Shown here: positions 49,915 through 64,000 of the stretch, piece after piece
Numbering within the stretch: the stretch's first letter is position 1
How the letters are laid out: every line of letters starts with the position of its first letter
NCBI RefSeq assembly: GCF_032062105.1
Contig: NW_026926059.1
Coordinates: forward strand, 124,001-188,000
Direction of reading: 5' to 3'
DNA length: 64,000 nucleotides
DNA from: Saccostrea cucullata
Lineage: Eukaryota
Notes under the pieces: generated by a model
What the model saw: the letters and a program-made list of their open reading frames with translations, nothing else
Databases searched by the model: none
What the model was told of the DNA's origin: nothing
Made by a program: the position numbers and the translations under genes

Positions 49915-52499
49915 ATTCAGTGGATTCCTATTTTATATTTATAACCTGATAAAATTACTCTGCTTTAAGTCATACCACTGAAATACATGTAAGTTCAAGC
50001 TCTCTTGATTTGAAGTCAATGAGTCAACTTTTGATATCAACAATTTCTAAAATAATGCAAGCTATTGGCAAATAAGTTAATGACACAAGTTTGTCAACAA
50101 TCTCATTTTAAAGTCAAATTTTCAGGAATTCTATGTTCAATACAATAACCTTGTCAACAAATACAATCTATAATTGTTAGGTCAAATGTTGATTAACATT
50201 TTTCATGCAATTTTTTGTTGGGCAATTTCTTTTCACATTTCCACAAATTTTTTTGTTTGCTTGATTATGAAAAGGAGCACACAGCAGCTGTGACTGGAAG
50301 ACAGGGGGTGTTTACTCCTCCATAGCACCTGCTCCCTCGCCTGATGGTTTTAGAGGTTCATGTTTACTTTTCTTTCAATTTATCACTTTTAAACTTGATT
50401 ACTGTTTATTATCCTTATTTTTTTACATCAAAATTCAAGTACTGGCATAGAATTATCTACAATATAATATATGCAGTTTCTAGTTTACAGAAGATTAAGA
50501 AACATTCATGAATTGAAGCTGATTATTTAAACAGGTTTAAATTAAAGAAAATGGATCCACAGTATATTGTTTGTTTTTTTACCAAAAAAAAAAAAAAATT
50601 AAGCTGTTCTTTAGTTATTTCATACATTTACCTCTTTTTTACTTGCACCGTCCTCCATGCCCCTCAGGGTACAAGGCCCTCACTGAAAAAAAAAAACAGT
50701 TTAAATGCTATAATAGTTTTTGTTCATATTAATAACCAATTGAAAATTATTCTGCAACAAAAAAAAATATTCAGCATGGAGAACTTTTGTTTCAAAAGCT
50801 TTTAAAAGTCCTACTATAGATGTTTAAGACCAGAAATACCTGCAATATGGTCATTTGCAAACAGTGTGAATATTTTAATTCATGAATATGAAAGTGGTTT
50901 ACATTCATGAAAACAGAGAATAGCACTACATTTGAATATTCAAGATTTAGATTTAAGATAATGAAAAGGCTATAAATCTTGCAATCAGAAAGATATTTAG
51001 TAGATGGAAAGAGGGTTAGGTGGTATGAGTCTTTGTCAACATTTTACTACTAGTTTCTCCACTTTATACATTTCACACAATTCTTTTTAAAATTCATGCT
51101 TAATCACAGCAGAGGTTAATCAATATTAAACCTCCCCTCCAAATTCTAGATTGAACTTTCAACTACAGATTGACTCAGACAATTTTTATTTTTTATAGAC
51201 TAAGCTTTCTAAAATACTATCCAATATCAGACTTTTGGAAAAAAAAATTTAAATTGTTCGGGATGTGCGTGTGCGTGTGTGGGTGAGGGGTGTGTGTGTG
51301 TTGAAAGCAACACTTGAATAGTTTTACTATTTGACTATGACATTGAATTGATGGATTGACAATTGACACTGCACAAACATTGGCTGATGGTTCAGAAAAT
51401 TTTTGAGTCCTGATAGTTTGGATCTCCAAAATATAATTGAAATGATAAAAAAAGTCAGATAAAATTGGTTAAGAGAAAAACTAATAATTCTCAAAAGATG
51501 ACATGTATAATAATCAAAAGCAATGCCCCAACAAGTTTATCCTCTGTGGCTATTGACAGGGATTGGAAAAAAAAAGTTGCTTGATAAACCTTGCTGGTAA
51601 ATCAAAATGGAAATGTTTTATTAGCACGATTGGCACTAATGAAGATTGTCCAAGTGAAAATCATACATTTATTTTTTAAATGTATGAAGATTGTCCAAGT
51701 GAAAATCATACATTTATTTTTTAAATGTAAAGTTAGGGTTGTCCCCAAGACCAGGGGACCTGGGAATTTCCTTTACCCTAATGAAATCAACCCCCGATTA
51801 AACTGGTGTTACCCCTCAATCCTCTATTATTTGGGAGAAACCCTAGATCCCTCTACTTTAAATGTCCCATTATTTCAGTTCTTAAGGAAACCAGGTCCTG
51901 TAAAGTACTGCAGGTAATAAATACACCAATGAACCTAAAATGTATATTCAAAATATAGGTTCATGATTTAAAATACACAGCATACAATTATCAAATCTGG
52001 GCAGAGACATAGTTAATGTCATATCCATTAATATCTACTAGCGTGTTGATCTACTATTACCTAAAAATGTTTAGCCCGATTTTCGATTATTGATGGCGGA
52101 AACAAACAAGATATATTACTCAAACACTGCAGAGAACGCTGCTTTTTTTCCTAACGGGCAAAATATGCAGCCTGTGCCTGTGGCGAAAACCACGAGCCAA
52201 TGTGCGTTCGTATGTTATTGATAACAGTTACCTTAATATTCGTCCAATAAATAAAATCAGGTATAAGTGCATAAAATATATAGCTGTATACATAATAGGA
52301 CAATGACTGATTAATTTAACTCGTCACATAGCAAAGAGGTTACTGAGTCCTGACTCCTGTCACGTCTGGGAAAATAAAAAGAGAAAATACGAAATATCTC
52401 TGGTTAAAACTGGATAAATCTGTGAATGTTTTAACATACATTAAATCCTTACAAAATAAAAATACTTGGATCCTTTCTGAATATTAGGCCTAAACTTAC

Positions 52500-52560
52500 G
52501 TTGCTATATAAATTCAGCACACGTGTTTTGATTTTCCCGTTCGGAAAGGTTGAATGATTT
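52500..52560 (-). promoter_or_regulatory. Candidate non-coding first exon/promoter of PFAS with an E-box
   Basis: Minus-strand donor GTAAGT just below 52500 and CACGTG at 52520-52525. The ATG mini-exon 49945-49912 has an acceptor, so an upstream exon is expected. Confidence 0.45.
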
Positions 52561-53844
52561 TTGCCGCTTATCCATTAAAATATCTTCTTCGACTGAAGAG
52601 CTATTCAATTAGAATTACCTCCCTTAGACTACAACAAATTCCGAATGTGACCCAGTGACAGGCATAAATGAAAATAAACATTTAAGTTATTTTTATTTTA
52701 AAAAGGAAACGACCTATTTATGTCAATAATTTAATTAAAAGGAACCTGGTGAAGATAACTAACAGTAATCGATCTCTTAGGGGAAAAAACACAATACAAA
52801 ACCTGTGAGGTCATCTTTAAAATAATGTTTGTTTGCCCTCTCCCGACTCAGGATAAAAAAAAAATTGGGTCGATAGGTATGTCACTGTGTGAGAAAAAAA
52901 ATTTTGTCTGAAAATTTCATTTCAATGATTAATTTTTTTAAAAAATGTATATTTAAATATTTTTCCAGAATACATTAAATATAATGAATTGCTTCCTGGA
53001 GGTAAAAAAAACTTTTGAGTCGGACCAGGGGGGAGAGGGCAACCTTGAAACATTTTTTTAAAAAAAACAAAGTTGGCTTGCAGTGAATGTGCATAAAATC
53101 CGGAGCTCTTAAGGTGGGATCAGGTGCCAGGATGGAGTATAAGTAAAATGTTTGAAACGTCAAATGCGATAAACCTGTGGACCCAAAGGTTAACATTTAC
53201 TTGAGAATGTCCAACTTTGCTGTTTTCATACAGACTTAAACCGACAGATCATGATGTATTTACAGAATATAATTATTATACCAAATCATGCAGGACACAT
53301 TTTAGCAATTTTTACACACACGACACGGTCCTTACCATTTAAAGAGACCCTAAGTTTCAAGAGTTTTGTTTCCCAGGTCATTTTTTTTTTGGTTACTTCT
53401 ACAAATGACTCTGAAATTTACTGAAGAGGGATCATCGCCCCACATCAACCCCGTGACACTCTTGCTTTGGCGCGCCCGAATTTACTATTTCCAGCGGGGA
53501 TCCAGTATTTCTTGAATTTGTTTAAAAACATTAACAGATTCTAAAAAACAATTTCGTCGGAGGATCAATTTTCTGCAGATCCACGGCTCCCTTTAATATT
53601 TAAAGAATGGTCTCTGTTTTCTTACGAAGAGGGGGACCAAGATGATTATTATTTATTTCACGTTGAACTTTTTCAAAGGGGGAACCATGGATCCCCTATA
53701 GATTTGTTCACACATGCATCTAATACCCATGTTTATGGCATAAACTACAATGGTCATACATCATTGGAGGATCCAAAATTCTTTATAAAAAAGGGAGGTA
53801 CCCAAAAGGAGGAAAATCCGAAAAAATAAATATTTTGCCTCCGT

Positions 53845-55333
53845 ATGCCACCGTACTCGTAATAAAAGATACCCTGTCCGTCCTTCTGTCTGTTTGTCTG
53901 CAAAAACTTTAAAATTGCCCCAAACTGTTGATAGGTTGAAGCCATGGTTTTTATGTTTCTCATGTCTATTCCTTGCGACAAAACCTTTTTTTGGTTGCTA
54001 ACATATTTGATCATTTATCCTTAAGGACAGATGATACAAACAAATTTTTTCTTTGAAAAAGTTTTGATATCATGTCACAAGTTTAGAAAAGTGGATGGTT
54101 CTTAAAATTTTTTCTCCGAAGAACTGGAAAATGAAATAGACTTGGAAAATATTAGTAATATTTCAATAAAAAAACAAATATAGACAAATCACATTCAGTG
54201 AAGGTTTACAGGTGAAAACAAATTTCAGAATATGTGTTACCTTGGTGCTAAAAGTGTAATTTAAACTTTAGAAAAATATACCAAGCCGGGTGAATTTTAA
54301 GAGGAAGATCAAAATGACAAAAAATTAGCAATATCACAAAGGCTGATTTTTACCATTTAGCTTTTCCTAATTAAATTCACCTGGCTTGGTATATTTTTCT
54401 AAATTTATATTACACTTTTAGCACCATGGTAACATATTCTGAAAGTTGTTTTCACCTGTAAACCTTTACTGAATGTGATTTGTCTATATTTGTTTTTTCA
54501 TTGAAATATTACTAATATTTTCCAAGTCTTTTTCATATTCTCATTGTTAGGAGAAAAAATTCTTGTTATGATACCACTTTCGTATATTAACTTGTGACAT
54601 ATATTAAAACTTTTTGATAAGAAAAAATTTGTTTGTATCATCTGTCCTTAAACTTGGAGTTTGACCCAATTTTGAAAGAATTTAACCAACTACCTTTGCC
54701 ATATCTTTTGAACAGTTGGTACGAAGATTTTCATACTTTACATTTGTATTAACTCAGATAAGTATGAATATTTCTTTTTTACCTCTTACCGTTCACCTTG
54801 AAATTCGACCCACTTAAAAAATAACATTGAGTATAACTTTTGGACAGTTTAATAGTACCAGGGTCTTAATACTTCACAGGTGTGATCCACGTTACAAAAA
54901 AATTCTTCTGTAATCCAACATTTTTTACCTGTTGACCTTGACCTTTTGCATTGACCTTCTTTAGAAAAAAAATTAACCTTGGGCAAAACTCTTGAACAGT
55001 TTGTGCAAAGGCTTTAATATTTTAAATATATTGTGCATGTACATGTATGTATATCTGATGAGAGGACCTTCTCCTGGGTATATTTAGATTGTCCCTTTGA
55101 TCTTGACTATGGAGTTTGACCCATATTAAAAAAAAAAATCTTAGCCATAATTTTTAATGGATAGTGCTTGAGCTTTCATATTTCACAGATATATCCATGC
55201 AAGGAGAACAAGTCCTTCTACCGGTAAAATGTTTCAGATCCCTTGAGTTTGACTTGCATGCATTTGAGAAACTTCAACCTTCGCCAAAAGCTGTCATACG
55301 GCGGCATCATTGTTTCACAAACATATCTTGTTA
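53845..55333 (-). mobile_element. Degenerate HINE/Helentron-like repeat in reverse orientation, interrupted by a foldback MITE
   Basis: Ends CACAAACATATCTTGTT (reverse of an AACAAGA start), has a (GTCT/GTCC) tract near 53875 and recurring TTGACC motifs. Confidence 0.5.
54025..54647. mobile_element. Foldback MITE with TTAA TSD and GG termini (Kolobok-like)
   Basis: TTAA-GGACAGATGATACAAAC ... GTTTGTATCATCTGTCC-TTAA; arms are inverted over about 280 bp. Confidence 0.8.
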
Positions 55334-58300
55334 TGACTTACCAACTTTACGTATATTAAATTTAATATATTTTTAAAACATTTGATATACTCGTATTTGA
55401 TCACCGTGGCAAATTTTAAGGGGTGGGGGCGGGGTATAAATATACACAGTGTGCATGGTAATTAACTAATGACCTGCATTCCTGATCAATAATTCCCTTT
55501 CCCAAGCCTTTATTTCTTTATTTATTATTATTATTTAAACAATTTATTTTACCTCCAGTTACTATACGAGTGATTAATTTCAAAGAAGCCACACGGAGAT
55601 ATTTGCGCGTTCTTTCCTTTTTTTTTTACCAATATAACCGCATAGTATTACGCACAGGCCCTAAAACGTTCCAACGGAATGCACTTTTAGCCGCTATCTT
55701 CTTCAAATCGTTTTTATCTTTATTTTATTTTTATAAAGTAGGTAAAGTATGAAAAGTGCATTTTGTTATTGTCAAATCGATCGCGCAAAATGGCGCGCAC
55801 TTTTCTAGCGACAGGCCGGAAGTAGAGTAGTCGCTTTCTAATGACAAACATTTGTATAAACCGAAGGCAATTAAATTGGTGAAAAGTCAATGAGTCGATG
55901 AAAATGTAAAACAAGTAGGGTTTTTCGGCCGTATTGGGTGCAACGTGTAAAATTTGTTGCACGGAATTCAATTTAATTCATTCCACTGACGATTGAAACT
56001 TAATACATATATTTGTACGGATTTGGCATTGAGTGACATTCATAAAATATTTTCCTTTTTAAGCCCTTTTGCTTGAGTACCCGTGTTCCTTATCAAAAGT
56101 AGGAGTTATAAAAAGGCCTTCCCTGCAAAATCAATATCAAAACGGAAAGAACTATTCTTTAATGTTCTGTGTAGCAAAGATTAGGATGTGTCTATCGACT
56201 ATAAATAAATGTGTCAAGGTTAAAATGCATGTTTTACTTGAAATTACATATGTTTTCACAAATTGTTAAGAAATAATCTGTCGTGTTGTACATAAGTAAA
56301 ACTCTGCTGCCCAGAAACTCCCTAGGGCAAACATGAGCAAGCACTGCACGTACAGCGTAAGAAAAACCACATCTTTTCATGAGGGTTACATAAGTTTCCA
56401 TTTTCTCGGTTTTCATCGAAATAATGAGTTTCCCTCTGTCAGATTACACGGTAAATCCATTGAAATTGTCGAAAGTAGAAGATAAAACCCACCGGGACGA
56501 CAGCGCTCTGACGGATCAGAGGTTTATGTGTCCCCATGGTCCAAGTTGTAAATGTTCGACAAATGGCCATAAATCAGAAGGAATTCTTCTGAACCATGCC
56601 GCTGTCAAAGTTATCAGACTCAATACACCTCTCTCTTTCTCTCTCTCTCTCTGTAAGAAGTAATTAACTTACATCTATTTTTGATTTAATCATCTGTGAA
56701 ATGCAGTAAACGCACACCTATTTGACTAAGAAATGGGTCAATATTTAAATTTGAACAATTTTTGGCTAAACTTGATGACCGACATTTTGTAATCGTCTTT
56801 TGGGCATATGTAGGTGGTATATTTTGTCTTGGCGAAGGTCACCCCAGATTATGTTGTTTTTCGCTCGCTACTTAAATTCATTCACAAAAACTCTCAAACT
56901 GAATTCACAAAGACGAGATTAAGTGAAGACTTTAAAAATCCCCTAGGCTCTTGTGTTCGTCAATACACACAAGAATTCAATTTGGACAGTGTCCGAAAAA
57001 ACAGATTAATTTTCCTTTAAAATACAAAATAACTTACTAGCAAATAATACAGTTGGCATAAGGACTTGGTTAAAATTAGTGCTCGAAAATAACATGTTTA
57101 TTCCCTTGATTTTAGATGTTTGCACATTTCATTCAAGGTATTTATTTGGGGACACAAAACAACTTATTTTTAGAGAATCTTTATCAGATGACAAAGATCT
57201 TTAAAAAAAAAAAAAAAAAAAGAAAATAAACCAAACATATCAAACTGTCTAGATCAATTAAAGAAAAAGAGTAGGAAAACATCTGGTGCGCTGTTTTAGG
57301 GAATCGTTTCCAATTAAGTGGCCACTATAGTTGAAAGTCAATAAGTATATCTAAAGGAATCTAAACTTCTACTGAGTAAAACAAACAGGAAATGACCCGA
57401 TGGTCATTGTATTGATTTTTTGTGACTTGTTTCCAGTTTCTTTCATTTGTCCGGGGTGATATGTGCGGAAGTTTGGATAAGTAAACGAGCGACACCGTTA
57501 CGTAACCTCACGTCCAGATAATCTGCCCATTGACAAATTGCAGGAAGGTCCCAGGGATCTTGTCTATTTAACTGCAATATACACCAACTACTGTCAGTAT
57601 TCCATAAATTGTGTCGTACAGTAATATCAATATTTTAGTGAAAGACATGTACGATTACGCTTATCTACCAATTTTACATAAAACAGAAAATGTTCAGAAA
57701 TTAGAGTCCATAGAAAAAAATATTCGGCGAAGAATGTAAATCCGTAATTTTTATTTGCATTCAAAAGAGTATGCAACATGTTGCCTAAGATTTCCAAATA
57801 AACACCCTCTGGGTAAGTTATTTATAAAACAGTGTATGAGGTTTAGATCAAATTGTGATAAAATGGGATGTAAAAGGCAAATAAAGAATAATGATATTGA
57901 GAGTCTAATGATGATAAATATTTTTATTTTAAGTGACAATACTTATGAATTTAAGTCAATATTTTGACTATGCTTCCTGTGTTAGGAGTTCAAAGTTTTT
58001 GCAAGTCATCGTACAAATTTAGTCTGCATTTTCAGACCCTTCTTACGACTAAAACTAGAAAAATTACCTGCATTGAGCCTTTATATGTATTCACCGTCGT
58101 AAATTTTTTTTTAAAATAAAGTACTTTAAAAAAAACCACATTTCCACACCATAACTAAGTTTGATTTTTAGAATTAAGCAATGTGTTGAGCTAAAGTCAA
58201 TTGCAAAACCTTTTTTTGTAGTTTTTGACAATTCTTGAAAGGTTTAATCCATAAAATACTCTAGAACTTTTTTCACATTTTGCGAGATAACAGCTATACT

Positions 58301-59612
58301 CAGATAAAAAATACTGCGATGTCGTGACAAAAAGAAGATATTATGCAGTTATTGGTGCCTTAGTGAGATCTAATACTTATAATAATAACATTGCGGCATG
58401 GGGAAGCTAACTCAAGTTTGACAAAACTGACAGAATCTACATGTGACTGCTGCGAAGTCCTCAGACCCAGCAGTAGAACGACTTGTCATTGACGTCATGC
58501 GTATCACGAAGCCGCCGTAATCTGTAGAAAGGGACACCTGAAATTTTATCCCAAAAATTAATAATTTGCTGAAATGTGATCAGAAATTACCACATTTCTC
58601 ACCCTGGTCCCTGATAACACTGCTACAGCACGTATCTCAGAGCAGGGAATAATACCGTCTGTTGATATAGGAGATCGGGTGATAATGCAATTCTTTGAAG
58701 ATGTTTTGCTAAATATTTTGTCCTAATGCTATCAGTTTATACATGTATAAACAGGGTCTCAATCAGGTAAGAAACCAAAGTATTGTATGATTTATAATAA
58801 TAATCCGACCAAGAAGCCAAAAACTATAATCACAGATTTGGAAATGATCTCATTGTCATAATTAAGTTTGTTTATTTTTTCCAAATTTTCGGATGTACGA
58901 TTTACGTCAAACTACATGCAAGAGGAAGTTTTTCGATGTGTCTCACTTGAAACACTACGCAGCATACACATGTATTGTCCTTATTTACGAGTGGTTGTTT
59001 ATATGTACATTTAAAAAAAAAAAGTTTAAAAACAACTGCACAAAAATTAAAGTTGCGTCTTCAGACAGTGAATTTACTAGAATGATACATGTAAACATTA
59101 ACGCTGGATATCCTTTGTTGCGATGCATGTAGTGTATATTTCTATCACTCAAAATGTTATGAATTTAGAATTTAAAAAAATACTTGTAGCATTTCAAGTT
59201 TTTTTTTAAGATAAAGCAAATGCTGGTAAATATATCGACAATGACGCCTTGTTTTTGTTAAGTGCTCCTAAGTTTCGTTAATTGTAAGTTGATAATAAAA
59301 CTACGTGATATACCAACTACCAATTAACAGCTGTTTTCATACGTGAAGATTAATATTTCTTAGACAAAGAATATCAGAAACAAAACCTGTCATTAAAAAG
59401 GAAAAAAATCCCCCTCCTCCAACCTCATTGAATCTTTTTTTCTCTATAAGACCGTTTCTGGAAAGGGGTGAGATGGGGGACTGGCTATTCCCGGCTTCCC
59501 TACGGAAAAAAATATAATTTTAATGTGTCCTGTCTCTTTTTTTAAAAAGACCTTTTTCATATAACAGATGAACAAAATCTGTTTAGGTTTAAAGGTAGCT
59601 ACTTAAATTTAA

Positions 59613-59874
59613 GGACAGATGATACAAACAAACAAAATGGATGCCTGGATTGGTATATATTTTTTGGCCTAATTTCATTGCAAATGATGCAAACAATAAA
59701 TTTCTAGAATATAAAGAATTTATACACCTTCTTTGATGTTCAAAAGTCTGCCCTTCTGTAACCATCCTTATTAATCTATACAAATAATTTTCACTTCAAT
59801 TCCCATTTTTGTGAAACTTTGAATAAAAAATTCCAAACTACGCTATGACAAAAGTTTGTTTGTATCATCTCTCC
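59613..59874. mobile_element. Second MITE with the same TIR family and TTAA TSD
   Basis: TTAA-GGACAGATGATACAAACAAAC ... GTTTGTTTGTATCATCTCTCC-TTAA. Confidence 0.75.
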
Positions 59875-60744
59875 TTAATATGTTTTAACCCTCTCGGAAA
59901 GCGATTATGAATCCATGTACTTTACGATCTTCAGTTTTTTCTCCAATAACCGATATTGCTTTATTTTAAATTAAAAAAATGTATATGTAAAGGAAATATA
60001 AAAAGAATATACCATAAAGAAATCGGAGTTGTATTATGATTATATGTATTAATAGGAGTCTACTTAAGATTATTGTTAGATCAAAGAGAAGATTCGTATT
60101 TTTTTAAGTGCAAAATTTTACTCGTCTACTCTCTTTTTAAGAAAAAAAATTATAAAACAATTGAATAATACCTTATGTAAACTTTCTTAAAAAATATCAT
60201 TATTAGTACTATAGTTTATCACTTTTAAGAGGGGGGAAATCATATAACATTGACCATTTTCGGTAAACTTTTTAAAACGTCTCGAATTTTTATATCTTAC
60301 TGTCTTTTTTTTCACTTTTTTTGTCTTCTTCTTTTTAATCTATTTTTTATTTATCTTATTTTTATCACTTGCGTAAGAATAGGAAGTATTTTATTTACTG
60401 TGACCAGGAACTCAGTCTGTCTTATCTGGAGACAAAATTCTCCGGAAAGACGTATACAAACGAAGTACTTTGTTTTCCGAAATTGTGTACCGAAGTACCT
60501 GAGCATCATTCTCCATTCTGACCCCCCAAATATAAAACTGACTATAACAGATTCATCGAGAACTACTTTTGACCTACTCGTTTTATCAATGACGTCATTA
60601 CGTATTTGAAGTTTTATTTACCAAAGTTATCAAAAAGTATCCATAACTTTTAATTTTTTTGGAGTTGTAATGCACACTGCACTCTCTTGACAATTTTATT
60701 ATTCTACAACAATTTGTAATTTGTTTTTTACTACAGCTTGGATT

Positions 60745-60895
60745 TCAGCCAATTTCAGATTGAAGTAAACAACATCGCAAGGTCAGCCCCGCCCCCTCCA
60801 ATTATGATTGGTTGATGATACTTCTACTAATATAGCGCATACGTGTGTAGGTTCATTCATAAAATTTGACGCGCTCTAGAAGACAAGGTATATAG
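60745..60895 (+). promoter_or_regulatory. Candidate KLF5 proximal promoter
   Basis: CCAAT (~60749), CAAGGTCA (~60778), GC box CCCCGCCCCC (~60787), inverted CCAAT (~60807) and TATA-like elements, all upstream of the ATG at 61017. Confidence 0.55.
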
Positions 60896-61016
60896 CATTT
60901 AGCTGAAGGATATCGTACAGTTAACACAAACTAGCAGGTGTCAAGTGAACTACAGCAGTTTAATATAGTGTAAAAGGAAGTTAGATATTCTTGAGTGTAA
61001 TTGTGGACATTAATCC

Positions 61017-64000
61017 ATGGCCCTTATAGAAGAAGATAGCATAGAGTTTTTAGAAGATCAAATCGTCCCAGACCAAGACGATTTGTTTCTACCACCAACC
61101 GAAGCTGCCTGGAATGTAAGTCGACGAAAATTTGTTCTCTTATTTTTCGATCTGAAGAAAAAAAGAAAAAAAAATCGGTTAAAGTTAAATATATCATTAT
61201 CATATGCTTCTTTCTGTAGAATGATGTAATCTTTATATTACGGTCACAATGTATGTACATGTATATTATAAAAGAAAAAGATATTGAAAAAAAGTCAGTT
61301 AAACCTTCTTCACATATGTCATTCCAAAGGAGATTATGAATGGCGGAGTAATATATGTTACCTAAACCCCCATTTTACTGAATGCGTGATTCGGTCGCAG
61401 ACTGCTGGAAATTTGCGTCGATAAGACCGGAAGATAATCGATTTTAGTTTGCTCTTTGTGCCATTGCAACAAGGAAATCAGAAATCGTTAGTGTATTATT
61501 CTGTTGCGAACTAAAGTTGGCAATAAATTTTAAAAAAACACACACACATGGGATTAAGTCAGGGGCTCGATTCGGGTCAGTTGGCTTGAATGCCTTCATC
61601 ATGTGATCTCTATCTGCCTATTTGCTCGTCTGTGTATTGCGAAAGCACCCGAGGGTGCATTAGTCAGCCTCGTTATCGCGACACAAGATAATCTACCGTG
61701 GAGGCAACCCATACCAGAAAATTATTATCTAAATCTGCCAAAAATTCCATTGATTTTCTTAGAAACAAATCGTTCTAATTCCCTTTTCCGTATTTACGGA
61801 ATAAAACTAAAGAATATTTCTTTACTAGCGTATTAAGTGTATTTTTAAAGTTTATTCTGACAATCGATTTTAATTAACCTCGGCATTGAAATGAGATGTG
61901 AGATTTGATTGGCTGTCGATAAAATCTCATGGACGTTGTGAACTTTTCATTCATCGTTTCTGCGTTGCCAAGAATTCATTCATAAATCGCCAAACGCGTA
62001 GGTGTCTCGTAAAGCTCTCGCGGGCTTTATTGATTTACTTTAACAAACATGTTTTCAAACGAATGCTGTATATTGGGGTTAGTCATCCGTTACAAAATAG
62101 GTTGATTACAATATATATATATATACTGAACTTAATTAACACTATAATAATAACTGTTTATAAAACTCTTGGAAACTGAAAACACGGTATCACAGTCTTA
62201 ATACGTTTAGACTTAAGTGTAATAAACACAGTTCATTTTTTTTAAACGAAATGTCTTTTTCTACACAGGTAAAATCCGGGGATTTCGACAGGTACCTACA
62301 CCTTACCGACCAAGGCCCTGCTGCCAAGAAGCTGCGCCGTGAAAGCTCGTCACTTGTCGACGAGTTTTTCCAGGATGACTTCAAAGGCACCCCGGAACTC
62401 AACAATGCCAAACACATTGTTAACCAGGGGCTGCTGGGAAGGAAACGATTCCTGGACCTGAACAACCTGAGAACCGGGCTGTTCAACTCCCCGAAGTCCG
62501 ATGTCTTCAGAAGAGAAATCTCGCCCTTGGCCGAGGAGGTCCGAGAAGACGGTTTACAACGAGTGGGTCTCATCAAGTCACCGGCCAAGACGACGAAAAT
62601 TGACCTTAGTGAAACGATGATGGACCCCGCCTCTATGATGAGCGGGGGTTACGTGGATCTGCGAGAACAGAGTAAACATGTGGACGATTCAATCTGGGAG
62701 GACGTGAAAGACAGTATTGATATGGTGAATTCTAAAGACTCAAATTCAAATGACCCCATAGTGATTAAACAAGAAGATTCAGACATTTCATTTAAACCAG
62801 CATGCCAGTTTCAAAATTCTAGAATCCCTTCTTTTGAGAACATTTCTGTGAAAATTGAACCATCCACTTCAAGTTGTCTTTTGGCGGGTTCCAACTCGAC
62901 AGAGAGCTTGACCACTAGGCCTAAGTCTCTCTCTGTGTCCCAACAACAGATGATGTTCTCTCAATCACCCTCTCCTGTCGCCCAATACATGGCACAGTTA
63001 AATAGTATTGCAATGAACAAATCCCATATGACGTCATCGACATTTTCGACGGCAACGCCCCCACATATGGTCCCAGTATTCCTCCCTCCAACGCCCCCTA
63101 ATTCGGAGCCCAACAGTCCTAGTCAAGACGTGCCCATGAGGCGCACTCCCCCTCCGCCGTACCCAGGGGTTCAGCGACATCAGAGCTACAACACCCTCAA
63201 CATCCAGCCCATTCCCTACACCCCAGTCCCCCCTAGGACCTCCAACAAAGTCCAGGCCACTCACCCAGGGTGCTCCACAATCAAGTACAACAGAAAAAAT
63301 AACCCTGACCTAGAAAAAAGAAGGATCCATTTCTGCGAATTTCCAGGTAATTATTTTAAAAGTTTACAAATCAAACGGCTCTTTACAATAGGATATAGTC
63401 TGCAAATAATTCATATTTCATACAAAAGTCATGACAGTGGTTGAGGACCCGAGGAAGCGATTCAGTAACTTTCAAGAGCTTTCAACATTTGTAACAGACC
63501 ATTAATGAGCTTTATAATTCTAACCAAACGGAAACGACTTTTTTGCTATCTTTGATTCACTCGGCGAACAACGAAACGATTTGAATCAATCAATGGAGAG
63601 ATGCATTTCCGCTGAATCCTCTATTGGGACTCTGTAGCGAAAGCTTGTGTCTAGAAATCAATATTTTTCCATTGCAAAACTATATATCTAGAAGTACAAA
63701 GCCGTGTGATCAAGTCGCATCGATTTCTTTGTCTGCTAGAATTTTTTATAGGTAAATTGGATCTAATTTGTTTTATTTCTTGTTTTTCGCAGGTTGCAGA
63801 AAAGCCTACACAAAAAGCTCACATCTGAAAGCTCACCAGAGAATTCACACAGGTAAACAGACTTCATAAATAAAACTTAGAAATAAACTTTAAAGACAGA
63901 TAAACAAACAGACAGACAAAAAATTAAACCAGCAAATATTAACAGTACTTTTATTTATTCTATAGGTGAAAAACCATACAAATGTCATTTCCAAAACTGC
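61017..64000 (+). CDS. KLF5: Krueppel-like factor 5; exons 61017-61115, 62269-63346, 63793-63852, 63966->64000
   Basis: [18 protein letters not shown] and [47 protein letters not shown] match the KLF5-type pre-finger region and first C2H2 finger. Confidence 0.9.

Overview
AT-rich, intron-rich animal DNA, probably a bivalve mollusc such as an oyster (inferred from the repeat types). Four host genes could be spliced by hand: (1) the 5' part of a delta/zeta-type sarcoglycan gene (-), with a Crypton-like tyrosine-recombinase element in one intron; (2) a complete MAGT1/TUSC3 (OST3/OST6 family) gene (+); (3) a complete PFAS (FGAM synthase) gene (-) of about 35 kb; (4) the 5' part of KLF5 (+). Three structures stand out. 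(a) A 12.7-kb Kolobok-type DNA transposon (GG...CC 17-bp TIRs, TTAA TSD) lies in a PFAS intron and carries an intact 9-exon ORF of about 883 aa fusing a DDE transposase to a DEDDh 3'-5' exonuclease. (b) MAGT1/TUSC3 has a hidden duplicate 64-nt exon; both copies have major-type acceptors and minor (U12) donors, consistent with mutual exclusion enforced by spliceosome incompatibility. (c) A 4.4-kb satellite grew from a PFAS coding exon and holds five extra full-length, frame-preserving exon copies. Many MITEs and Helentron-like repeats are also present. Coordinates and translations were derived by eye; no database searches were run.
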